DNA from: a virus | Lineage: Duplodnaviria > Caudoviricetes | Virus record (IMG/VR): IMGVR_UViG_3300037450_000099 | Span: 1-41,563 of that record | DNA: 41,563 bases | Strand: one strand, 5' to 3' | Shown here: positions 35,877-41,563 of the stretch, piece by piece | Layout of the letters: each line of letters begins with the position of its first letter | Position numbering within the stretch: the stretch's first letter is position 1 | Program-made: the position numbers and the translations under genes | The notes under the pieces: generated by a model | The model's input: the letters and a program-made list of their open reading frames with translations, nothing else | Databases searched by the model: none | Told to the model about the DNA's origin: nothing

Positions 35877-36369
35877 TGCCGAGCCCCTCGACGTAGGCCG
35901 CAAATTTCGACGGGCGAAAAAGCGTTTGAGGGCGGAAATAATCCCGCATCTTGTCGTCGGCACCCCATTCGCGCCAGCGTTGGGCGATAACCCCTTTACA
36001 CTGTTCAACGGTGTAACCCTCCCGCAATCGGGCGGCCAACTGCAGCGCGGCCGCCGTGCGCTTGCCGTTTGGACAACATACTTGATAGTTATTGCCGGAC
36101 TTTTTTCGCATAAGTTGATAAACTTCCTCAAGTTCTTGCGTGGTTACCTGTCTCGAACTGGCCCGGCCGCCACCGGGCTTTTTCTTTTTCGGCATCCGTT
36201 CTTGTAGCTCTGCAAATTCATCTTTCACATCCCGCGCCCATCCACGTATTTTGGCTATCGTCTCTTTTAGCTCCGCTATTTCTGCCGCTTGACTCTGCAC
36301 TGTCTGATTCAAGGCACCAACCATTGCGGTGAGTGTTGAGATTGGGTCTAGCTGTGTTTGCAGTGACAT
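35869..36369 (-). CDS. replication-region protein with Phg_2220_C-like C-terminal domain
   Basis: ARLREGYTVEQCKGVI...W...KMRDYFRPQTLFRPSKFAAY; GAGGAG RBS; N-terminal coiled coil. Confidence 0.82.
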   Translation of the reverse strand: MSLQTQLDPISTLTAMVGALNQTVQSQAAEIAELKETIAKIRGWARDVKDEFAELQERMPKKKKPGGGRASSRQVTTQELEEVYQLMRKKSGNNYQVCCPNGKRTAAALQLAARLREGYTVEQCKGVIAQRWREWGADDKMRDYFRPQTLFRPSKFAAYVEGLGSE

Positions 36370-36399
36370 TTCATAGCTCCTCTATTTTCTCTGGGCCAG

Positions 36400-36560
36400 A
36401 GTCGCCCCCCTTCCCATGGTCTAAAGCTCCGAGCCTTGACTCACACGTTGGTGATCCACTCACAGTCATCGAGCAATGTAGGCTCTCATCTGACTGCTAG
36501 GTCCAGATCTAAACCTGGCCCATGGCGCCTGTTGACGGGGGTGGGTCAGCGCAGGCGACT
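36400..36560. ncRNA. candidate multi-stem structured element (RNA or origin)
   Basis: Nested pairings agtcgcc/ggcgact, ccatgg/ccatgg, gagcct/aggctc, tgact/agtca and ccag/ctgg, plus an alternative cgcctg/caggcg hairpin, all in a non-coding gap. Confidence 0.5.
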
Positions 36561-36660
36561 TTTCATATCTATCTGTATTTATCCAGCCGATTAAGATGAT
36601 GTGCTGGTGTCATTTTTTGCAGACTATTAGCCGGGCGGGCACCTGCAAGACCCCACAGAC

Positions 36661-36978
36661 TCACTTGCCATCCATGATTCCGGTGCGGCGGACCGTTATT
36701 TTTTGTGGGGCATCCTTTCGACCCACAACCAAGGGAACACCCTTGGATTTTAGAAACGATTTAGCCTCGGCATCACAGCCGGGGCCGCGAAATACTTTCC
36801 AACCTTCCGAGATCAGCACAAGCGCCCACTCTCGATGCAGTGGAATCGCAGGCTTTTCTGGCGTCGGTTTTGTCGGACTTGTCCAGTGGTATTCTTGATC
36901 GCCGTAGCCCGTCCAGAAATTCGGACGCGGGCCGGAGAACTGAAACCACGGGTGAACATCCATCACTTCCACCACCAA
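36661..36978 (-). CDS. hypothetical protein
   Basis: ORF coupled to 36963..37166; the start may be the ATG at 36963. Confidence 0.55.
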   Translation of the reverse strand: MVVEVMDVHPWFQFSGPRPNFWTGYGDQEYHWTSPTKPTPEKPAIPLHREWALVLISEGWKVFRGPGCDAEAKSFLKSKGVPLVVGRKDAPQKITVRRTGIMDGK

Positions 36979-37166
36979 GACATCGTCTCAGCCTTAACGG
37001 TGCTCAGCATACACGCCCGCCCCTGCCAATCGTGGGCAGCCTGGCGCGGTGATAATTTGGGAGGTTGGTAGTCGCGCATGGGTGGCAAGTCGTGGATCTT
37101 GCGGTTCATGTCGTCGGGAATGAGGGCGAAGCCGAGGTTTTGGGTTACGCCTTTAGGTGGGCTCAT
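36963..37166 (-). CDS. hypothetical protein
   Basis: GGAG upstream; 67 aa. Confidence 0.55.
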   Translation of the reverse strand: MSPPKGVTQNLGFALIPDDMNRKIHDLPPMRDYQPPKLSPRQAAHDWQGRACMLSTVKAETMSWWWK

Positions 37167-37222
37167 GATAAGATTCGCTCCGTGATGTGTGTTTGTCGGT
37201 ACGAGCTAGTCACTCTGCCGAC

Positions 37223-37257
37223 CTGAACGGCCCCGCAATGGGGCCGTCTTCAGTTTT
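37223..37257 (+). terminator. stem-loop with + strand U-tract (terminator-like, antisense to local genes)
   Basis: acggcccc-gcaat-ggggccgt followed by cttcagtttt. Confidence 0.5.
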
Positions 37258-37281
37258 ACGCTTGTCTCATGGCGAGGTCAA
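37253..37281 (-). promoter_or_regulatory. possible sigma70 promoter TTGACC-N17-TAAAAC
   Basis: Minus-strand hexamers at 17-bp spacing in an intergenic gap upstream of the replication genes. Confidence 0.4.
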
Positions 37282-37292
37282 GAGGCATTCTC

Positions 37293-37562
37293 TTACTCCG
37301 ATGCCAAGCGCCGGTCTTCGAGATCCACAAGCAACTGCACAGCATCCAGAATGGTGACACCCTGCGTCCGATCTCCCAACGCCTCGGAAATCTCCCACAG
37401 TCGCTGGCTAGCATGTCCACCGTGGCCCCACTGATTCCCGCAGTTGCAAGCGGGAATGTCGCAAGTACGCCGAAACCCGTTGCTCTCTAGCGCCCACTCT
37501 GCTTTTTCGAGTCTATCTTCAAGCTCCGTCCGCGTCAGTTGACTAATTTTGTTGGTCATCAC
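37293..37562 (-). CDS. hypothetical Cys/His-containing protein
   Basis: CDIPACNCG...HGGH, a possible metal site; GTGA coupling. Confidence 0.7.
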   Translation of the reverse strand: MMTNKISQLTRTELEDRLEKAEWALESNGFRRTCDIPACNCGNQWGHGGHASQRLWEISEALGDRTQGVTILDAVQLLVDLEDRRLASE

Positions 37563-37774
37563 TGTAACCTCGTCGCCCCGTCCCGCTCAGCCAGCCCCAC
37601 CAGCCCGCCTTGCGTCTCATAGCTCCACATGCCGTGGTCGCTCGGCTCCAGCGGCTCAAGGTGTAGGGACTGACACTCGGGACAGCCCACAACGGCATAG
37701 CCGTGCTCGTCCATGATTTTCTGGAGATAGGCGGCAATTTCTGTGGCGAGTTGGTCTTCAGATTTTTGGGTCAC
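37559..37774 (-). CDS. hypothetical protein (CxxC)
   Basis: AGGAGGAG RBS before the GTG; CPEC motif. Confidence 0.65.
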   Translation of the reverse strand: MTQKSEDQLATEIAAYLQKIMDEHGYAVVGCPECQSLHLEPLEPSDHGMWSYETQGGLVGLAERDGATRLQ

Positions 37775-37789
37775 GGCTCCTCCTGATTG

Positions 37790-37835
37790 GTAGATTAATA
37801 TATTGCATCATATATAGCAATCGCGTAAATTGATC
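37790..37835. promoter_or_regulatory. AT-rich divergent promoter region with inverted repeat attgc-N10-gcaat (37802-37821)
   Basis: A strongly AT-rich patch between divergent genes in a GC-rich genome. Confidence 0.55.
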
Positions 37836-37891
37836 CACGAGGGCCAGCCAGCCCCCGTGAACCCGCAACACAACCATGATGGAGAAAGATC

Positions 37892-39034
37892 ATGCCCATG
37901 CTACCTCTCAACAAGCTCGACAAGAGCCCACATCGAGACTTTGAAGTGTACGGCATACGCCCGGAACACGTCGAACGCCTGAAAGACTCAATTCTCACCG
38001 ACCCCGCACAGCCCCACTTTTGGGTGGGCATCATGGCGCGTCCGCATCCTGAGAAAAAAGGAAGCTACCAGATCAGCCACGGCCACCACCGCATCGAAGC
38101 GGCCAAAGCCGCCGGCCTTAAAGAAATACCCGTAGATGTTCAAGACCTGACCGACGACCAGATGCTCAGCATCATGGTTCACGAGAACGCCATACAGGGC
38201 GGGCAGAATATCCAGGCCGATGCGGATTCGGTGCTGGCGATCTGCAAGCAGCTTTGGCGGGCGGCGGTGAACCCTCCTGACAATTGTCAGGAGGGTTCCA
38301 AACATGCCGCACCCGCCGAAAGCCGAACAGGGATGGCACAGAAAGGCTACGCCATGGACCCGCAAACAATCTTAAAGTCGAGCCATGAAGCACAACACCT
38401 CAGCGAGCGCCGTGTTCGCACAGCCATCGAGTACCTGCAATCGACCAAACAATGGCCCCCCGTCTACGCGCCACAACCTGACTTTGACGAGGACGCCACG
38501 GCTCTTTCCCTGGAGGTTGTCGAAGTGCAGCGCACAAAAGATCAGACACTGAACCCGAAAGCGTTCTCTGTCTTCAACCTGGACAAGCCCGCCCAGGGTA
38601 AAGCCTTTATGGAGGCCATGGGAAAGTATTGGACGTACATCACGCTGGATGATCAGGTGATTCTGGCCCAAGAAACCTTTGATGCGCTGAAGATGGAAGA
38701 CGAATCTGGAGGCGGCATCAATGGCACGGACATCACTCGATACATCGACAAAAAGTATCAACAAGCGAAGAACCGCAACGTCGTAAGGCGAGGTAAAACG
38801 CTCGAAGCCCGACGCAAACAGGTTGATGACACGCTGACCAAAATCAAGGGACTCATCTTATCAGTCGTTAAAAAAATTGAATGGATCTCGATCCAGTCCG
38901 ACGAGGTGAAAGACGTCATTGGTGCTTCCCAGGTGGCGATGATGCGAGCACGAGCAAAACAACTCGATCACCTAAACGCCATGGTGGCTGAACTGGCAGA
39001 AGCATGGACCAACCTTCTAGAAGAGGACAACTAA
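37892..39034 (+). CDS. ParB N-terminal (ParB/Srx) domain protein
   Basis: VERLKDSI...IMARP...YQISHGHHRIEAAKAAGLKEIPVDV...MVHEN; C-terminal coiled coil. Confidence 0.85.
   Translation: MPMLPLNKLDKSPHRDFEVYGIRPEHVERLKDSILTDPAQPHFWVGIMARPHPEKKGSYQISHGHHRIEAAKAAGLKEIPVDVQDLTDDQMLSIMVHENAIQGGQNIQADADSVLAICKQLWRAAVNPPDNCQEGSKHAAPAESRTGMAQKGYAMDPQTILKSSHEAQHLSERRVRTAIEYLQSTKQWPPVYAPQPDFDEDATALSLEVVEVQRTKDQTLNPKAFSVFNLDKPAQGKAFMEAMGKYWTYITLDDQVILAQETFDALKMEDESGGGINGTDITRYIDKKYQQAKNRNVVRRGKTLEARRKQVDDTLTKIKGLILSVVKKIEWISIQSDEVKDVIGASQVAMMRARAKQLDHLNAMVAELAEAWTNLLEEDN
38269..38298. repeat. perfect 30-bp palindrome inside the ParB-like gene
   Basis: gaaccctcctgacaattgtcaggagggttc is its own reverse complement; both strands translate NPPDNCQEGS. 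Confidence 0.95.
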
Positions 39035-39035
39035 C

Positions 39036-39848
39036 ATGATTGCTGACAATGAAACGATTAAGGTTGCCATTGCTTTTGTAACCCATTTTGGGCTTTGCAG
39101 TGACATAGAAAGCATTGACCAAGACTTTACAGTTATCGACCTCGATGAATTTCTGATCGATAACCTTTGTATAAAAGGAAACAAAGCCCTCGACCCCGAT
39201 GACAATGCCTACACACAACGGCTCAGGGATCGGCAGGACTGGCGGCGTAGATTGAACAACGCGGGACTGGCGGAGAATATGCCCAAGGATCTGCGCTATC
39301 AAATCCGCAGCACTCGCAAGGGGAACGCTAGCCGCCGCGATGCAGACGGCAACTATGATGCAAGCCGTTTTGTTTTAATCCGCAAGATTGACGCAGGTTT
39401 ACTTGTCGCGGGTGAGACCATGGAAAAGGTCGATAATAAATTGGAGGGTCTCCTCCGGTTGTTTAAGACTTGTTTCGAGTTGGGTGACGTGTCAGCGATA
39501 ACAGCCAAACACCAACTACCGCCCCAGTTTATTGTTGAGAACAACGCAGCGCGGAGCGAAGTGGAAGACCTGGAAGAAGAGCTGCGAACGGTGGTCGCCG
39601 AGAAAGCAAGAAAGATGGCCCTCGCTTTCGATTCAATGCTAAACATGATTGCTAGTCTCAATGGTGATTGCACTGTGCCAATCCATTACCAAAACTCACT
39701 GATGGCTGCATCTGAATTCTCCTGGAAGACTTACAGGAACGAATTAACCCGCCGAGAAAAGGAAGCTAAAGCCAAGGAAAAGACAACAGAAAAGCTCAAG
39801 GCAAAAATGCTGACCAGCCAAAAGAGGATAAGCCATGTCTCAGAGTAG
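39036..39848 (+). CDS. hypothetical protein (270 aa) cotranscribed with the ParB-like gene
   Basis: GAGGA RBS; starts 2 nt after the ParB stop; helical C-terminus. Confidence 0.8.
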   Translation: MIADNETIKVAIAFVTHFGLCSDIESIDQDFTVIDLDEFLIDNLCIKGNKALDPDDNAYTQRLRDRQDWRRRLNNAGLAENMPKDLRYQIRSTRKGNASRRDADGNYDASRFVLIRKIDAGLLVAGETMEKVDNKLEGLLRLFKTCFELGDVSAITAKHQLPPQFIVENNAARSEVEDLEEELRTVVAEKARKMALAFDSMLNMIASLNGDCTVPIHYQNSLMAASEFSWKTYRNELTRREKEAKAKEKTTEKLKAKMLTSQKRISHVSE

Positions 39849-40185
39849 GATGGATCAGTTGGATTTCTTGGCTGACAGGTTCCACATGGACAACCCAAAA
39901 GTCTGGAGTAACTTTGTCCGATTCACAAATGACAGAATTCGGAAAGGTTTTCCCCACTTCGGGGCCAAAGCTGTATGGGAGCGGATAAGGTGGGAGATGG
40001 CGACGCCCTACGATTTGGACCCGAAGCACTCGTTCAAGCTTAACAACAATTATCCCGCAGTCTACGCTCGCTGGTTCATGGAAGAGTACCCAGAGCACGA
40101 GGGATTTTTTAGGACACGGATGCGAATCAGCGAGTTTGGGCCACCCGTGACGGGAAACCAACTAGGCCCGCGAGACTTCGACTAG
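39835..40185 (+). CDS. conserved phage protein
   Basis: GAKAVWERIRWE...FKLNNNY...YARWF...GFFRTR, a family recognisable from environmental phages; GAGGA RBS. Confidence 0.8.
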   Translation: MSQSRMDQLDFLADRFHMDNPKVWSNFVRFTNDRIRKGFPHFGAKAVWERIRWEMATPYDLDPKHSFKLNNNYPAVYARWFMEEYPEHEGFFRTRMRISEFGPPVTGNQLGPRDFD

Positions 40186-40187
40186 CC

Positions 40188-40224
40188 AAAAAAAGCCCGC
40201 CAGCGAAACAACACACTGGCGGGC
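40188..40224 (-). terminator. rho-independent terminator for the leftward HTH gene
   Basis: gcccgccag/ctggcgggc stem with an adjacent A7 on + (U7 on -), between convergent genes. Confidence 0.75.
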
Positions 40225-40300
40225 CAACACCACCCCGAGTCACGCTTGCGGCAGTAGGCCAGCGCAGGCCAGGAGGAGCCGAGCTGCCGCTCTCGATGAA

Positions 40301-40495
40301 TTATTTTGCGCGGTGCTCAACCGGCAATCCGTCCAGGTAAATCCGCCACATTTTCTTGCCCATGGGGCTGATCTCGCAGCCATGTAGCCAGCGGTCCACC
40401 GTGCCATGTGATACGCCAATATCAGCAGCGAGCCTTCGTAGGCTTCCGACTGATTCCAGGCGCTGTTTCAAAATCTCTAGGTCCAAATCTTTCAT
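40301..40495 (-). CDS. small Cro/CI-like HTH regulator
   Basis: SLRRLAADIGVSHGTVDRWLHG; no peptidase domain; divergent from the early operon. Confidence 0.85.
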   Translation of the reverse strand: MKDLDLEILKQRLESVGSLRRLAADIGVSHGTVDRWLHGCEISPMGKKMWRIYLDGLPVEHRAK

Positions 40496-40533
40496 GCTCG
40501 AAGCGTACACCCAATTTTCTTTGCTGTCTAGTA

Positions 40534-40562
40534 TTGACTTATAGTCTCGGTAGGTGTCTAAT
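40534..40562 (+). promoter_or_regulatory. possible early promoter TTGACT-N17-TCTAAT
   Basis: Hexamers in the divergent gap, overlapped by a repeated tgtcta (40525, 40555) that could be operator half-sites. Confidence 0.5.
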
Positions 40563-40602
40563 AGTAGCCATAGAGAGACACCACACCAACGGAGCAGCAG
40601 AC

Positions 40603-40800
40603 ATGAACAGCAAGCAAGCCGTGTTTTGCATTGGTCGGCAGATATTCAGGAATGCAGCCGATGAAAATCTTGATAAGAGATTCCGTCTAGACCATTTGCT
40701 TGGATCGCTTTTGAAAAAGCGGCCGAACTCAGCCTGTCTGGTGGTGGACGCCATGTACACGGTTGATTCATTGGGGCATTACGGCGGCGGCGAAATCTGA
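40603..40800 (+). CDS. hypothetical protein (65 aa)
   Basis: GGAG RBS before the ATG at 40603; first gene of the rightward operon. Confidence 0.6.
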   Translation: MNSKQAVFCIGRQIFRNAADENLDKRFRLDHLLGSLLKKRPNSACLVVDAMYTVDSLGHYGGGEI

Positions 40801-40875
40801 GTAACGCAGACCGAGCCCCCTCTGACGAGGCTCGAACGGCGCCACACCAACCACGACAACCAAGGACACGCAGAC

Positions 40876-41211
40876 ATGAATATCAACAACTTGACGATCG
40901 GACAGGCAAAGGAACTCGTAGACATGATCGGGCGGTGCGAAGACACCAACGCCCACCCGTTCAAAATTGGCGAAGCCTACCTATTCCGCACTGTTACCTA
41001 CATTGACGTGGGGCGCGTTGTCGCAATTACAGGGAAATTCCTTACGTTAGCGGATGCCTCTTGGATTGCGGACACTGGACGCTATGCCGATTGCCTAACA
41101 TCGGGTGTATTCGATGAGATTGAGCCATATCCGGGATTCGCATACCTCAACATCGAAACAATAGTAGACGCCGCACCGTGGCAGCACATACTGCCGAGCG
41201 CACAAAAATGA
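40876..41211 (+). CDS. conserved small beta-barrel-like (Sm/SH3-like) phage protein
   Basis: PFKIGEAYLFRTVTYIDVGRVVAI...LTLADASWIADTGR...AYLNIETIVDA; AAGGA RBS. The fold call is an inference from the strand pattern. Confidence 0.75.
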   Translation: MNINNLTIGQAKELVDMIGRCEDTNAHPFKIGEAYLFRTVTYIDVGRVVAITGKFLTLADASWIADTGRYADCLTSGVFDEIEPYPGFAYLNIETIVDAAPWQHILPSAQK

Positions 41212-41471
41212 TTGCGCCATTATCAGTCGATGCACACAGGAGCGGGAGCTGGAGCGGGAGCAGGAGCGGGAGCTGGAGCGGGAGCTGGAGCAGGAGCTGG
41301 AGCGGGAGCTGGAGCTGGAGCTGGAGCAGGAACAGGAGCTGGAGCAGGAGCTGGAGCGGGAGCAGGAGCTGGAGCAGGAGCTGGAGCGGGAGCAGGAGCT
41401 GGAGCAGGAGCAGGAGCAGGAGCTGGAGCTGGAGCTGGAGCAGGAGCTGGAGCAGGAGCAGGAGCAAGTAA
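41208..41471 (+). CDS. Ser-(Arg/Trp/Gly) dipeptide-repeat protein (87 aa)
   Basis: ATGA overlap with the upstream gene and TAATG overlap with the downstream gene both select this frame. Confidence 0.75.
   Translation: MIAPLSVDAHRSGSWSGSRSGSWSGSWSRSWSGSWSWSWSRNRSWSRSWSGSRSWSRSWSGSRSWSRSRSRSWSWSWSRSWSRSRSK
41238..41465 (+). repeat. tandem hexamer array (D-GGAGC) x38
   Basis: Units are AGGAGC, TGGAGC or GGGAGC, with one AGGAAC variant; 228 bp. Confidence 0.95.
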
Positions 41472-41563
41472 TGCACATCTACATAGACGCAAGCGCGTTG
41501 CCGCTAGTCGCCCTCTCACAATGGGCGAAAGAGCGCGGCTATCGGATCAAGCAAGACGGGAAA
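41437..41563. repeat. second copy of the 127-bp terminal overlap
   Basis: Identical to 1-127. Confidence 0.95.

Noticed and set aside
5523-36207. Numerous + strand ORFs of 60-170 aa opposite the structural and accessory genes
   Set aside because: They lie antisense to well-supported genes in GC-rich DNA, with no recognisable motifs or RBS coupling.
4378-37774. Alternative genetic code or stop-codon reassignment
   Set aside because: Core genes are full length in the standard code, and TAA, TAG and TGA all serve as coupled stops.
40805-40845. Hammerhead ribozyme suggested by CTGACGAG
   Set aside because: No stem II followed by GAAA and no convincing stems I and III; a simple cgagcc/ggctcg hairpin explains it.
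41238-41465. Hexamer array as a CRISPR array or replication iterons
   Set aside because: Units are 6 bp with no spacers, no cas genes are present, and the array is far from the replication gene.
41095-41519. Minus-strand ORFs encoding poly-(Ala-Pro), poly-Leu/Gln and poly-Ser/Cys
   Set aside because: These are shadows of a stop-free hexamer array. They are antisense to the operon and uncoupled, whereas the + strand Ser-X frame is coupled at both ends.

Overview
The window is an apparently complete ~41.4-kb genome of an HK97-type siphophage. Bases 1-127 repeat exactly at 41437-41563, most likely a circular-assembly overlap, giving a unit length of 41,436 bp. A + strand early operon (40603 through the junction to 4381) carries a conserved small protein coupled to a Ser-(Arg/Trp/Gly) hexamer-repeat protein, then a Rad52/Sak-like annealase, a DEDD exonuclease, NinB, VRR-NUC and a thermonuclease. 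One long - strand unit (37774 to 4378) runs through a Phg_2220_C replication gene, a class-3 lipase, an ~11.8-kb block of glycan-binding and Fn3 genes, HNH/TerS/TerL, portal, ClpP-type protease, capsid, neck, tail (with a canonical -1 frameshift) and a holin-like gene. A divergent + strand cassette encodes a ParB-N protein with a perfect 30-bp palindrome inside its gene. There is one atypical tRNA-Gly. I recognised no integrase, DNA polymerase, helicase or endolysin. The best candidates for new biology are: (1) a possible donor-strand-complemented Fn3 fibre built from signal-peptide proteins; (2) the coupled small protein plus Ser-X repeat module; (3) the intragenic ParB palindrome; (4) gene cassettes bounded by duplicated gene junctions; (5) a structured non-coding element ahead of the replication gene; (6) lysis without an obvious endolysin or spanin. 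All product calls come from motif recognition by eye; no database search was run.
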